Source: Reclinomonas americana ATCC 50394 (lineage: Eukaryota). From it: DNA of 45,865 nt. The stretch is taken from positions 1 to 45,865 of the forward strand of contig PS015036.1 of assembly GCA_048213135.1 (NCBI GenBank), given 5' to 3'. Shown here piece by piece: positions 23,025 through 33,772 of the stretch. The position numbers were made by a program, and so were the translations under genes. How positions within the stretch are numbered: the stretch's first letter is position 1; every line of letters starts with the position of its first letter. Below the pieces are notes generated by a model, which saw only the letters and a list, made by a program, of their open reading frames with translations, made no database searches and was not told where the DNA came from.

Positions 23025-24092
23025 TCACTCCACGCTGCGTCGATACGCAACGGCTGCTGCTTCCTCGACAATGAAGCAACGCAACACCAGCTCTGGCAGG
23101 CACCGCGAATCTGCCTCGTCTGCTACTTGCTGCACGGCTAGCATTGCCTGACGCGCTGCCACGAGTTCCTGTTGTGCGAGACCGAGTGGTGTGGACCACA
23201 CTCGTATGGCGTTGTCCTCACCGCCACTGACAATGTGCTGGCCGTCGCGAGAGACGGCAACGCACATTACTCCATCACTGTGCCCCTCCAATCGTTGCAC
23301 TTCGGCGCCGCTTGCAATGGACCACACTCGCACCGTGCTATCCCAGCTCCCACTCACGATCGCGACGTGCTGACCATCGGGAGTGACGGCAACAGAGCGC
23401 ACCCCAGAAGTGTGACCCTCCAACTGCCGCACCTGCTTGCCAGTCGACATGGACCACACTCGTACAGTGTCGTCACTGCTGCCGCTGATAAAGTGCTGAC
23501 CGTCGGGAGTGAAGGCGACCGACCACAAGTAGCCGTAGTGACTCGCCCGTCGCACGCACTTGCCTGTTGCAAGCACCTGCACGTGCACCATGTTGTTCGC
23601 CGTGCCACTCACGATGTGCTGGCCATCGGGGGAGATGGCGACAGAGAGCACACTGTCGACGCGTCCCTCCAGTTGCCGCTCCTGCACGCCGCCACTCGTC
23701 TCCAGTGACCACACTCGCACGGTCTTGTCCCAGCTCCCACTCACAACGTGTCGACCATCGGGAGTCACAGCGACCGACGACACCATGGCAGTGTGACCCT
23801 CCAGTTGCAGCTCCTGCTCTCCACTCGCCAGTGACCACACCCGCACACTCATGTCCTTGCCGCCACTCATAATGTGCTCACCATTGGGGGTGACAGCGAC
23901 AGATGACACCACTCCCGTGTGACCCTCCAGTTGTCGCACTTGTTCTCCACTGGCAAGATGCCACACTCGCACTGTTGCATCGTGACTCCCGCTGATGATG
24001 TGCTCACCGTTGGGAGTGACAGCCACGCACGTCACAGTGTCAGTGTGCCCGACAAGGTGCTGCGAGGCAAGGAAGGGGGGAGGGAGTGACAT
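23025..24092 (-). CDS. Intronless 7-repeat WD40 protein of the same repeat family as the NACHT-WD40 gene, with a short helical C-terminal tail
   Basis: MSLPPPFLASQHLVGHTDTVTCVAVTPNGEHIISGSHDATVRVW...; seven repeats of the GHxxxVxSVAVTPDGxHxxSGSxDxTVRVWS type (two with degenerate GH). ATG at 24092, although extension into the upstream gap cannot be excluded. Confidence 0.85.
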   Translation of the reverse strand: MSLPPPFLASQHLVGHTDTVTCVAVTPNGEHIISGSHDATVRVWHLASGEQVRQLEGHTGVVSSVAVTPNGEHIMSGGKDMSVRVWSLASGEQELQLEGHTAMVSSVAVTPDGRHVVSGSWDKTVRVWSLETSGGVQERQLEGRVDSVLSVAISPDGQHIVSGTANNMVHVQVLATGKCVRRASHYGYLWSVAFTPDGQHFISGSSDDTVRVWSMSTGKQVRQLEGHTSGVRSVAVTPDGQHVAIVSGSWDSTVRVWSIASGAEVQRLEGHSDGVMCVAVSRDGQHIVSGGEDNAIRVWSTPLGLAQQELVAARQAMLAVQQVADEADSRCLPELVLRCFIVEEAAAVAYRRSVE

Positions 24093-24374
24093 GATTGCGG
24101 AAGGAAAGGACGCAGCGGACGAGGAAGGAAGCAGTGTGGGACTTTGATGCTTCGACTTCGTTTGCCAACCACTCTCCCTTTGGCCTCGTCGGAACTTGTA
24201 TGAAGGACTTTGGCGTGCCTTTACATGNNNNNNNNNNNNNNNNNNNNNNNNNNNNNNNNNNNNNNNNNNNNNNNNNNNNNNNNNNNNNNNNNNNNNNNNN
24301 NNNNNNNNNNNNNNNNNNNNNNNNNNNNNNNNNNNNNNNNNNNNNNNNNNNNNNNNNNNNNNNNNNNNNNNNNN

Positions 24375-25380
24375 GCCGCTCCATCTCATGCACGCGACGA
24401 CGCGCCTCCACACGCCGCGCCAGCACCAGCTTCTCGTACTCCACACGCGCCGTCTCCAGCTTCTCGGCCTCCTCACCCTGCTTCTTGCGCACCTCGGCGG
24501 CCAGCACACACTGGCACACGCAGCAGCACGGAGCGAGCACGGTCAACAGCAGATTGGCAAAGAAGCGCGTCGGTTGCTCCCAGCAGCCGCGCAGGCAGAA
24601 CCCGTAGCAGGCCCACTGTTGTGTGGCACAGGAGTGTGAGAACATGGGGAAAAGCAATATGGGAAGGGCATGCATGGTACTCACATCGCGCAGATACGGC
24701 ACTTCAGGGGCCTCGAACGGCGGCAAACCGAGTGCGTCGTTAGGCACACCCTCAATGCTCGCCGACAGATCGGCGTCCATCTCCACCGAGGCCACCGACA
24801 GCATCGATCCGCGTCGTGCAAACGTCGGACTGTACGCCGCATGCTGCAGATACGCGTCGGCCACATGCGACAAGCTCGATCGCCGCGCCCTCCGCAACCC
24901 GCCCGACGGAGACCGCTCGGCCGCCGCCGCGGCCGCTGCGTCCACTCGACGTCGCGACTGCGGCGACATCATGGCGGCATGAGTCGGCGACTGCAAGCGA
25001 TCGCCTCCTTGTATCCGCTGTGGGTCCTCATCGCCCCAGTACGACGCCGACTCGTAGTGTCGTCGACCTCCTTGTTGGCGTCGGTGATGCGGGTGGAGGC
25101 GCGGTTGTGGCGAGTCGGGCAGTGGATGCGGTTGTTGTTGTTGTTGGTGCTGGTGATGGCGATGGGCAGGCGAGGGGTGCTGCTGGTATCGCAGACGCTG
25201 CATGGAGCGTGCGGCGTAGGTGGCCTCCAGGGCGGATGGGGGTGGAGAGGGGGGAGGAGGCGGAGGAGAGGCAGAGTCGACGGCGGCGACTGATGCACCG
25301 GGCAGAGGCTCGCTGACGGGTGGGGCGCTGCCACCGCCACCGTCCATCACCAGGCTGCGTGGACGGTGTTGGCGAAGCAT
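24375..25380 (-). CDS. Hypothetical protein with Pro/Gln-rich N-terminus and a Cys-rich hydrophobic segment (loosely PLAC8-like); 3' end lost in a gap
   Basis: ORF from ATG 25380; GTGAGT...CAG intron near 24683-24615; segment WACYGFCLRGCW..LLLTVLAPCCCVCQCVLAAEVRKK followed by a coiled coil. Confidence 0.5.
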
Positions 25381-25565
25381 GATGTGTGGCTTGTCACAGC
25401 TTGTCTCTGTGTGCGTGTGTGTGAGTGCGTATAGTAGGAAAAACTCGGCACGCGTCGGTTATTTTGTAGACAAAGTTCGGTTTTTCGGTTTCCGGGGAAG
25501 CAGGAAAATTAAGGGAACGGTGGCAGGATGCGCATGATTGTTTACAATCAAAGAAGGAAACACTT

Positions 25566-28500
25566 CTACACTCCCAAAGCCCCGGTAAAGTCAGGCGAGA
25601 CAGCGCCCAGAATGCGCTCGACAAGCCCGCGAGTGTGACGCCGCATCAGATGGATCGATTTGCCGGACACGCGAGCGGTGTAACCAGCGCCAAACGCGAT
25701 GCGACCAAAGGAAACCACACGATCGATTTCTGGGTCCACCAGATCTGCCTGGTCGTCGAGAGACACTTCTTCACCACTCGCTAGTGTCCATACTCGTAAA
25801 GCGCCATCATTACTCCCACTAACAATGTGCTGGCCATTGGGGGTAACTGCTACAGATTCCACAACACTGAAGCCAGTGTGTCCCTCAAAACGTCGCACTT
25901 CTTCACCATTTGCCACAGACCACATTCGTACTGTCTTGTCCGCGCTCCCACTAATCACATACTGACCATCGGGAGTGACGGCAACACAAAAAACCAGATT
26001 TGTGTGGTCCAGCAATCGCCGCACTTCCTTTCCACTCGCCAATGACCACAGTCGCACAGTCTTGTCTGCACTCCCACTCACAACGTGCTGACCACTGGGA
26101 GTGACGGCAACAGAGAACACTGGCAATGCGTGTCCCGTCAATCGTTGCAACTCTTCTCCACTCGCGAGTGACCACACTCGCACTGTCTTATCGTAGCTGC
26201 CGCTCACAACGTGCTGGCTATCGGGAGTGACAACTACCGACCACACCCACCGAGTGTGTCCCTGCAGCAGTCGAACTGCTTTCCCAGTTGCTAACGACCA
26301 CACGCGCACAGTTCTATCAGCACTTCCACTTACAATGTGCTGCCCATCAGGAGTGACAGCAACAGACCGCACCATGCCAGTGTGTCCTTCCAATCGGCGC
26401 ATCTGCTTTGCACTCATCACAGACCACAGGCGCACCGTATTGTCACGACTTCCGCTCACAATGTGACGACCATTTGGAGAGAATGCAAAGGTACTACCCT
26501 CCAGGCTCCACAGCTCTTCGCCGTTAGCCACAGACCACACTCGCACCGTTCCGTCTACGCCTGCACTCACCACGTGTTGGCAGCTGAGAGAGAGAGCAAC
26601 GGATTGCACTAAACCACTGTGGCCCTCCAACCGTCGCACTTCTTCCTCCCCAACAATCGACCACACTCGCGCTGTGTCGTCACCGCTGCCACTGACAATG
26701 TGCTGGCTGTCAGGCGTGACGGTGACGCAGAATACCTCACCATTGTGTCCCTCCAATCGTCGCAACTCTTTCCAACTGTCCAGTGACCAGACTCGGACTG
26801 TCTTGTCCACGCTACCACTTACTATGTGCTGACCGTCGGGAGTAACGGTGACAGAGGTCACCACATCAGTGTGTCCCTCCAATCGTCGCACTTCATCTCC
26901 ACTCGCCAGAGACCATACGCGTACTGTCTGGTCATCACTCCCACTAACTATGTGCTGACCGTTGGGAGTGACGATGACAGAATGCACTGCATCACTGTGT
27001 CCCTCCAGCCGTCGTACTTCCTCGCCTCTTGTCAGTGACCACACTCGAATCGTCATATCCCAGCTCCCACTCACAATGAACTGACAATCGGGAGACACGC
27101 CTACAGAGTTTACCCTCTCTGTGTGACCCTCCAATATTTTCAATAATTCCCCACTAGATAGTGACCACACTCGCACCGTCATATCCTCACCACCGCTCAC
27201 AATGTGCAATCCATCAGGAGAGACCGCGACACATCGTACAGCATCAACGTGCCCCACTAACTGCTTCACTTCCTCCCCAGTCGTCAGTGACCATATGCGC
27301 ACTGTCCCGTCACCACTCCCGCTTACAATGCACTGGCCATCGGGAGTGATTGCAATGGAGCGCACCCAGAGAGCGTGCCCCACTAACCGCCGCACTTCTT
27401 CTCCACTAGCTGCAGACCACACGCGTACTGTCTTGTCGTTTCCCCCACTCACAGTGTGCTGACCATCGGGAGTGACAGCAACAGACGCAACTCCCCAAGT
27501 ATGTCCCACCATCGGCTTCCTCGGCCACTTCACACCCGTCACATCCGCCCCTCTTAAATCCGCCTCTCTTGCATACGCCATGCGCACATTCACCCCTCGC
27601 AAATCCGCTCCCCTCCACACCGTCCGGTGCATCACCGCATCCCTCAAATCCGCACCCCTCACTCGCACACCCGACAGATCGCGCCCACTGAACGACACTT
27701 GTGCCACACACAACACTGTCGCCGCATTTGCCGCTGCCGTCACTAATCGTTCCTCATCCACCTCTCTTGACAACTCAATCAACTCCCACAATCTCGCTTG
27801 CAATTGCCGAGATCGTCGCACCACCTCGGCCATCTGCTCCACCAACGATGGTCGATCATTCAGTAGTCGCACTGCCAGCACATGCTGTTGCACATCCTGC
27901 ACCGTCAACCTCCTCTCCTCATTCCACGTCTCCCACGCAAACACATGCCGTGCCACACAGTGCTCCAACAACGACAGATGCACGAATCCCCACTGATCCG
28001 TCCCATACCGTCGAACAATCGGACAGCACACTCGCACATGCTGGAATTTGTCGCCAAGGAACTTGTCAAACGGCCCGTCCTCTCGTCGAAAGCCGACTGG
28101 CGCGCCACCGAACTCATCAATGTCTTCTTCGAATGCTCGCTCCTCTGACACAGCACGCACCACATTCCTCTCGTGCATCAACCGCGCCAGTCCCTCACAG
28201 AATGAGAGGCACGTCTTCTCTTTCGGTACGCGCTCTGCATCAAGACGCGTCTGCCTCTCCTGTTCCCTCAAAATCCACTGCCGAATGAATCGGTCAAACA
28301 CATCGCACCGAGTCGGTCGCTGCACTTCGCTTGCCACCAACTGCGGCAACACACGAGCCACCACAGCCAGCAGGAACGGATTCGACACCAGTACATCCAG
28401 TCCATGCACACTCTTCAATGCACGAATGTACTCCGCGGCAGTCGACCATCGCACTTCACAGTCGTCATCGTCACCCTCCACATCCACCAGCCGCTCAAAG

Positions 28501-30377
28501 TACTCCTTAATTTGTCTCTTGCTGAATGGTACAATATATCGCTCTATCAGCTTCTCCATGCACAACTGTCCTCTTGCATCCACCGGTGCAAAGTACCGTC
28601 GATACTGCGCCGCTCCACCCAGTGTCGTCAGTGCGTAATCGCCTCGACAGGTGATTATTACCTTCACATTGCGACACACATCCAGCTGGTTCTTGACAAA
28701 CAGATTCACACCACGATACAACTCATCGTATCCGTCAAGCAACAACAACAGTGGTTCCTCCTTCAACCGTCGCACATCCGCCTCATTGAATCCCAACTCA
28801 GGTGAGAGTCGCTCCAGTGCCTCCTCCAACAGCCGCTCATCGGCATTGCGTAGTGCACCAAGAGGCACACGCACAGGCACTCGTCTGCTCTCTCCCGTCT
28901 GCCACTGTCGCCATGCTCGCTCGGCCAGCACCGACATGGTGGTGGTCTTGCCGGCTCCACTGTTGCCCAAGAGCACCAGCACACGGTGCGTGGTGTTGGA
29001 GTCGGAGAGGAAGGCATCCACCTCCGTCAATAGATCCGTCATCTTGTCCCTCGATGAGACGTCACGCTCAAGTGAGCACCGCAACGGCACATACATCCGC
29101 ATGTCCTTGCGCACACTCTCATCGTGTTGATAGAAGTACAGCGCGCGCACAGCTAATCGATGCAGTCGTTCTTCGAAGGTACTAATGCTAAAGTCGAAGT
29201 GGCGCGCTTGGCGGATTCGTGTTGCATAACAGTCAATCACATCGGCTGGAAGATGCAGCTTGCCAAGGAGGGAGAGGAGTACACCACCGCCATCACTCAG
29301 GTATTGATGCACAGTGATCTCCGTCAGCACGAGGTCCTTGTGAGCCAATGCCTTTCTCACATCATTCAGCTCTTCCACAGCCTTCCGTTCATCAGCATCG
29401 TCAATCAGCAGCAGTTTGCGACTGTCACTCAGAACGAAGCCACCATACAGCATGATGGTGGTTAATGCCGTCGTGTCAAAACCGTCACACGGAGGGTCTG
29501 AAGACGGGTCGGTGTCGAAGGCAGCACGCCAGGCCAACGTAACTGATTGCTTCTCTTTGAAGATTCGCACCTGCCCGGGATGGAGTGGAGCATGTCGGTC
29601 ACGCCATGCCTTCGCGGCCACCGCATGCATGTGCATGCCAGTCGGCATAACGCTGGGCACCCACTTCCACAAATCGCCAGAGTTGATCCGTGGAGACCAC
29701 AGGTCCACTGCCCACGCCCGTGCATCAAAGTCGGGATGATCGCGACTGAACTGCGCCAGCACTCGAACACAGCGCAGACGCACAGCTTCCTCCACCACCT
29801 CGAAGGCCATGTTGATGCGATTGAAATTGACCATGCTGAGTGCACACAGCGCAGTCAGCATAGACTCACACCGAGTGAAGAACGAGAAGAAGAGAGAGAG
29901 AGGATGGCAGTGGCAAGCAAGACAAACCGAGTCACTCGCTCCAAGTTGCTGTGCCGAGACATGAGAGTGAGCTGCATGTTGTGCACAGAGGATGCTTCAC
30001 AAGCACATCCACGTACACACCTTCCACTCTCACTCCCGCTCGGCGGCAGCGCCACGCCAAGTGTCACACGGACGACGAGATGAGTGGATGAGTTGACGCC
30101 GAGTGATTTTAACTTCATCACATTCGCATCCTCCAAATCGAACGGCAACGGCTTCTCCACCCCCACAATCTCCAACTCCCCATCTCCACTCTTCTCACGC
30201 AGCAAGCGAGTGGCCTCGCGCAGCAAGTCCGCCAGAGTGGACATGCCCGCCATGCCCTCCACCACCACCGACAGCGACGAATCATGCGCCGCACTCACAT
30301 GCACAGAGAACTGTGTGTAAGCACAATGGTCAGTGAGCGCACACAGAAAGGAGGGAAAGAGAGAGCCTGCTCACCAT
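25566..30377 (-). CDS. NLR-like STAND protein: Ubl-like header, HEPN-like domain, NACHT, pentapeptide repeats, 14 WD40 repeats (about 1527 aa; exons 30377-30375, 30310-30021, 29948-29928, 29835-25566)
   Basis: Walker A GNSGAGKT (28944-28967), Walker B LLLLLDGYDE, sensor VIITCR, SNPFLL and FVHLSLLEH motifs. Pentapeptide stretch FSGRDLSGVRVRGADLRDA...GADVTGV. Fourteen WD40 repeats at about 25770-27510. Three phase-consistent GT-AG introns (64, 72, 92 nt) attach the 5' exons. Confidence 0.9.
25770..27510 (-). repeat. Coding tandem repeat, about 126-bp unit x14 (WD40 blades) with high internal similarity
   Basis: Recurring + strand motifs gaccacactcgcactgtc, ccactcacaatgtgctg and ccatcgggagtgac at about 126-bp spacing. 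Confidence 0.9.
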
Positions 30378-31458
30378 TTTTTTGTGGATCTGTCGACTTG
30401 TCAGCTGCAGATTCGGACAATTGCAAGACAACTTCGAATTCATGATCATGTCAGCATGACAGCTGTTGGTTACTGCAACAACAATAACTTTACTAATCCA
30501 AACAGCAACACAGCTGCATGATGATCACCATCTTGCGCGAGCACCAGAAACTCAGACCGCTGGACAACCGTATTATTTCCGATAAATCNNNNNNNNNNNN
30601 NNNNNNNNNNNNNNNNNNNNNNNNNNNNNNNNNNNNNNNNNNNNNNNNNNNNNNNNNNNNNNNNNNNNNNNNNNNNNNNNNNNNNNNNNNNNNNNNNNNN
30701 NNNNNNNNNNNNNNNNNNNNNNNNNNNNNNNNNNNNNNNNNNNNNNNNNNNNNNNNNNNNNNNNNNNNNNNNNNNNNNNNNNNNNNNNNNNNNNNNNNNN
30801 NNNNNNNNNNNNNNNNNNNNNNNNNNNNNNNNNNNNNNNNNNNNNNNNNNNNNNNNNNNNNNNNNNNNNNNNNNNNNNNNNNNNNNNNNNGAACAGTCCC
30901 TTGGCCGCGTCCAGCCATCGGCCTATCATATTTGATGCATCAAGACAGCTGCTATGGCTCTTCACGATTGTGAGGTCGCCTCCGCATCGGCGGATATCAT
31001 CTTCCCGCAATTCGAAACGTGTGTGCCTCACCCACCTTTCGCGTCAATATTGGCCCGCCTTTCATACCCTTCATCCGCACCCATAGAAACGCGCGACGGC
31101 CGAGATACATGTGCACTTCAAGTCGCATCTGACGGTGGCAAGCAGCCACGCGAACGCGCTGCTTGAATGCGGTTAGATTAACGTCGAAATCGAACACATA
31201 TATCCAGTAATTATTATACCCTCCTGCTCACGACAGGCCCTTACCCCGGAACTGCAGTGCCTCTCTCCACGCAACAGCGCCTGCTGTCTCAGTTGTCCAC
31301 CAGCACCTGCAAAGAATGATTTTTTTCACCACTTGCCTATTCGAGTTACCGGACGAAACCGATGTCTGTGCTCTGTTTCGAACCAACTTACTTTTTGCAT
31401 CGAGTGGAGAAGAGGTGGCCAGCACACACACACCAGAGCACTGTCCTATCCAAAGAAG

Positions 31459-32522
31459 ATGAGCGTTGCCCGAGTCGCCGTGGTCATGATGGTGCTTGCA
31501 GTGGTGGCCGTGAGTCTGGCAGTGAGCGCGTTGGCCGAAGGTGAGCACTGACACAAAAAGTGACAAGTCTTTGTTTGTTCCTCGTCTGAAGCTGACGAGT
31601 CTCTCTCTCTCTCTCACGCGCACAGACGTCGCACCACACATTGCGGCCGCACGAGCACGCAACGCCGCGGAGCAAAAGGCGGCCGCGCGCGCTGCGGGCG
31701 CCCCGACCAACAATGGCGGCGGTCGTCCTGCTGCACCCTCTGCACCCTTCCCCAACTCGCAGCAGCAGTCGAACAGCAACAAGCAGCAGCAGCAGCAGGC
31801 GAACAACAACAAGCAGCAGCAGCAGCAGCAGAATGGAAAGAGCGCGCCCCCGCCACCACCTCCGGCGCCCTCCAACAAGACTGCCAATCAGCAGGCGGCT
31901 CCTCCGAAGCGCCCCTCGCCACCGCAGATGCCCTCGCNNNNNNNNNNNNNNNNNNNNAGCAGCAGCAACAGCAGCAGCAGCAGCAGGTGCCGGAGCACGT
32001 GCAAGCAGCGCGTGATCGCAACGCCAGCAGACGCAGGCCAAGACGCAGACGCAGCAGTCGCTCTCGCAGCCCCCACGCACCGCTCCGATGCCACCACAGC
32101 AGCAGCAGCAACAGCGCAATGCCGGCGCCGGTGCTGGAGCGGCAGCCGCCAACAAGAACAAGTTTGCCACCCCGCCCAAGAGCAACACTGCTCCTGCGGC
32201 GCCGACTGCGGCCGGCCGTAACCCTGGCGCTGCGGCGGGCAAGAACTCTGCGGCTGCTGCGGCTGCCACTGCGGCCGGCAACAGGGGACCGCGCGCCAAC
32301 AACAATAGCGCGCCGGCTCCAGGACCGGCCAGCAAGCGGCCGGCGATGCCGCAGGCGGCCCCCGCCAACAACAACAATGCCGGCAAGAACGCCGCCGGTG
32401 CGAACAAGGGACCGGCGGGTCGTGGCGCCAACAACGCCGGCCCCGCCTCCCGTGGCGCTGCGCCGAACTCGGCCGCAGCCAAGCTGGCCTCCATCCGGGC
32501 CACCTACAACAATCGCAAGTGA
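31459..32522 (+). CDS. Secreted low-complexity Ala/Asn/Gln/Pro/Gly-rich protein
   Basis: Signal peptide MSVARVAVVMMVLAVVAVSLAVSALA-E; intron 31541-31625 (GTGAGC...CTGAC...CAG); probable second intron near 31986-32100; small gap at 31938-31957; ends ...RATYNNRK*. Confidence 0.7.
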
Positions 32523-33000
32523 TTTCTCTCTCTCTCTCTGTACTCTCTCTCCTTTCTCTTGTTTATCACCATCCCCCCAAACCATCTCCGTTGAGGGTGT
32601 CAGTGTGTGTGCGCGAGAGTGTGANNNNNNNNNNNNNNNNNNNNNNNNNNNNNNNNNNNNNNNNNNNNNNNNNNNNNNNNNNNNNNNNNNNNNNNNNNNN
32701 NNNNNNNNNNNNNNNNNNNNNNNNNNNNNNNNNNNNNNNNNNNNNNNNNNNNNNNNNNNNNNNNNNNNNNNNNNNNNNNNNNNNNNNNNNNNNNNNNNNN
32801 NNNNNNNNNNNNNNNNNNNNNNNNNNNNNNNNNNNNNNNNNNNNNNNNNNNNNNNNNNNNNNNNNNNNNNNNNNNNNNNNNNNNNNNNNNNNNNNNNNNN
32901 NNNNNNNNNNNNNNNNNNNNNNNNNNNNNNNNNNNNNNNNNNNNNNNNNNNNNNNNNNNNNNNNNNNNNNNNNNNNNNNNNNNNNNNNNNNNNNNNNNNN

Positions 33001-33342
33001 GCAGAGAAGGGACGGAACCACTGCCAGGGAAGAAGACATCCTGGTGTGGGTTTTTTCCTCCCGTCCCTTTGTGTCTCTCTCACTCTTCTCTCTCGCACAT
33101 CGGAACACCGCAACGTGTGCCGCTTTTTGATCATTGTAAAACAGAATGTTCTTGTCCACCGTGCGCTCAAACAAAAGGCTCTTCTCTTGGCAAAAGACAA
33201 GTTCCAGCAGCATGCAAAACTGATATCGAAGCGTTCGGAAAGGAAAACTCCAGACTCGGCTGTCACTTCCGCAGCTGATGCCACCTCCGCAGCAGCTATT
33301 GCATCACCTCACCCACGGCGAGCTCGATGGCTCTGCACGTGA
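33001..33342 (+). CDS. Possible fragment of a hypothetical gene emerging from a gap
   Basis: QRRDGTTAREEDIL spliced (GTGTGG...CAG, 33044-33144) to NVLVHRALKQKALLLAKDKFQQHAKLISK reads as helical coding sequence. Ends are unclear. Confidence 0.3.
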   Translation, partial: AEKGRNHCQGRRHPGVGFFLPSLCVSLTLLSRTSEHRNVCRFLIIVKQNVLVHRALKQKALLLAKDKFQQHAKLISKRSERKTPDSAVTSAADATSAAAIASPHPRRARWLCT

Positions 33343-33772
33343 CACAGACAACTTCAGGCATGCAAAACTGTGATTCCAATACCGAACGGTCCGGAATGAA
33401 AACAGACTCGAAACTCGGCTTCCGCACATGCGCACCATCACCACCACACCACAGGCACGTGGAGGTGAGCGATATACTGAGAGCCAATTCATTCCTGGCA
33501 GTGTTTCCGACGACCACCTGTGCTGAGCGTTTCGAGAGGAGGATTCCATCAAGTCGCTTCCGGGAAGTGGAGAACGATGGGTTTCCCATCATGCGAAGTG
33601 GCATAGCAAGAAACACATACCGACCCCACACACGTAAGCAGCCTTTTCCTCGGGCCGAAGGACGTGACTGCGAACATTTACAGCATTTGGCAAGAGAGAT
33701 GGTCAAGACAGGTCACCGTACGCGTCGCCGCCCAGCGCTAGCCGTCGGCATCGATCGCGAAGGAGATCGTCC

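Noticed and set aside
25770-27510. CRISPR-like repeat-spacer appearance
   Set aside because: Units are in-frame 42-codon WD40 repeats within a eukaryotic CDS; no cas genes.
8560-30377. CYLD-like gene and NLR forming one functional cluster
   Set aside because: They are about 14 kb apart with unrelated ciliary and redox genes between, and eukaryotic proximity alone does not imply a shared pathway.
30518-31330. Possible small plus-strand gene divergent from the NLR
   Set aside because: Only short ORFs around a gap, with no consistent exon chain or motif.
31459-32522. N/Q-rich protein as amyloid signalling partner of the NLR (HET-s-like)
   Set aside because: It has a signal peptide and no effector domain, and the NLR N-terminus has no matching amyloid motif.
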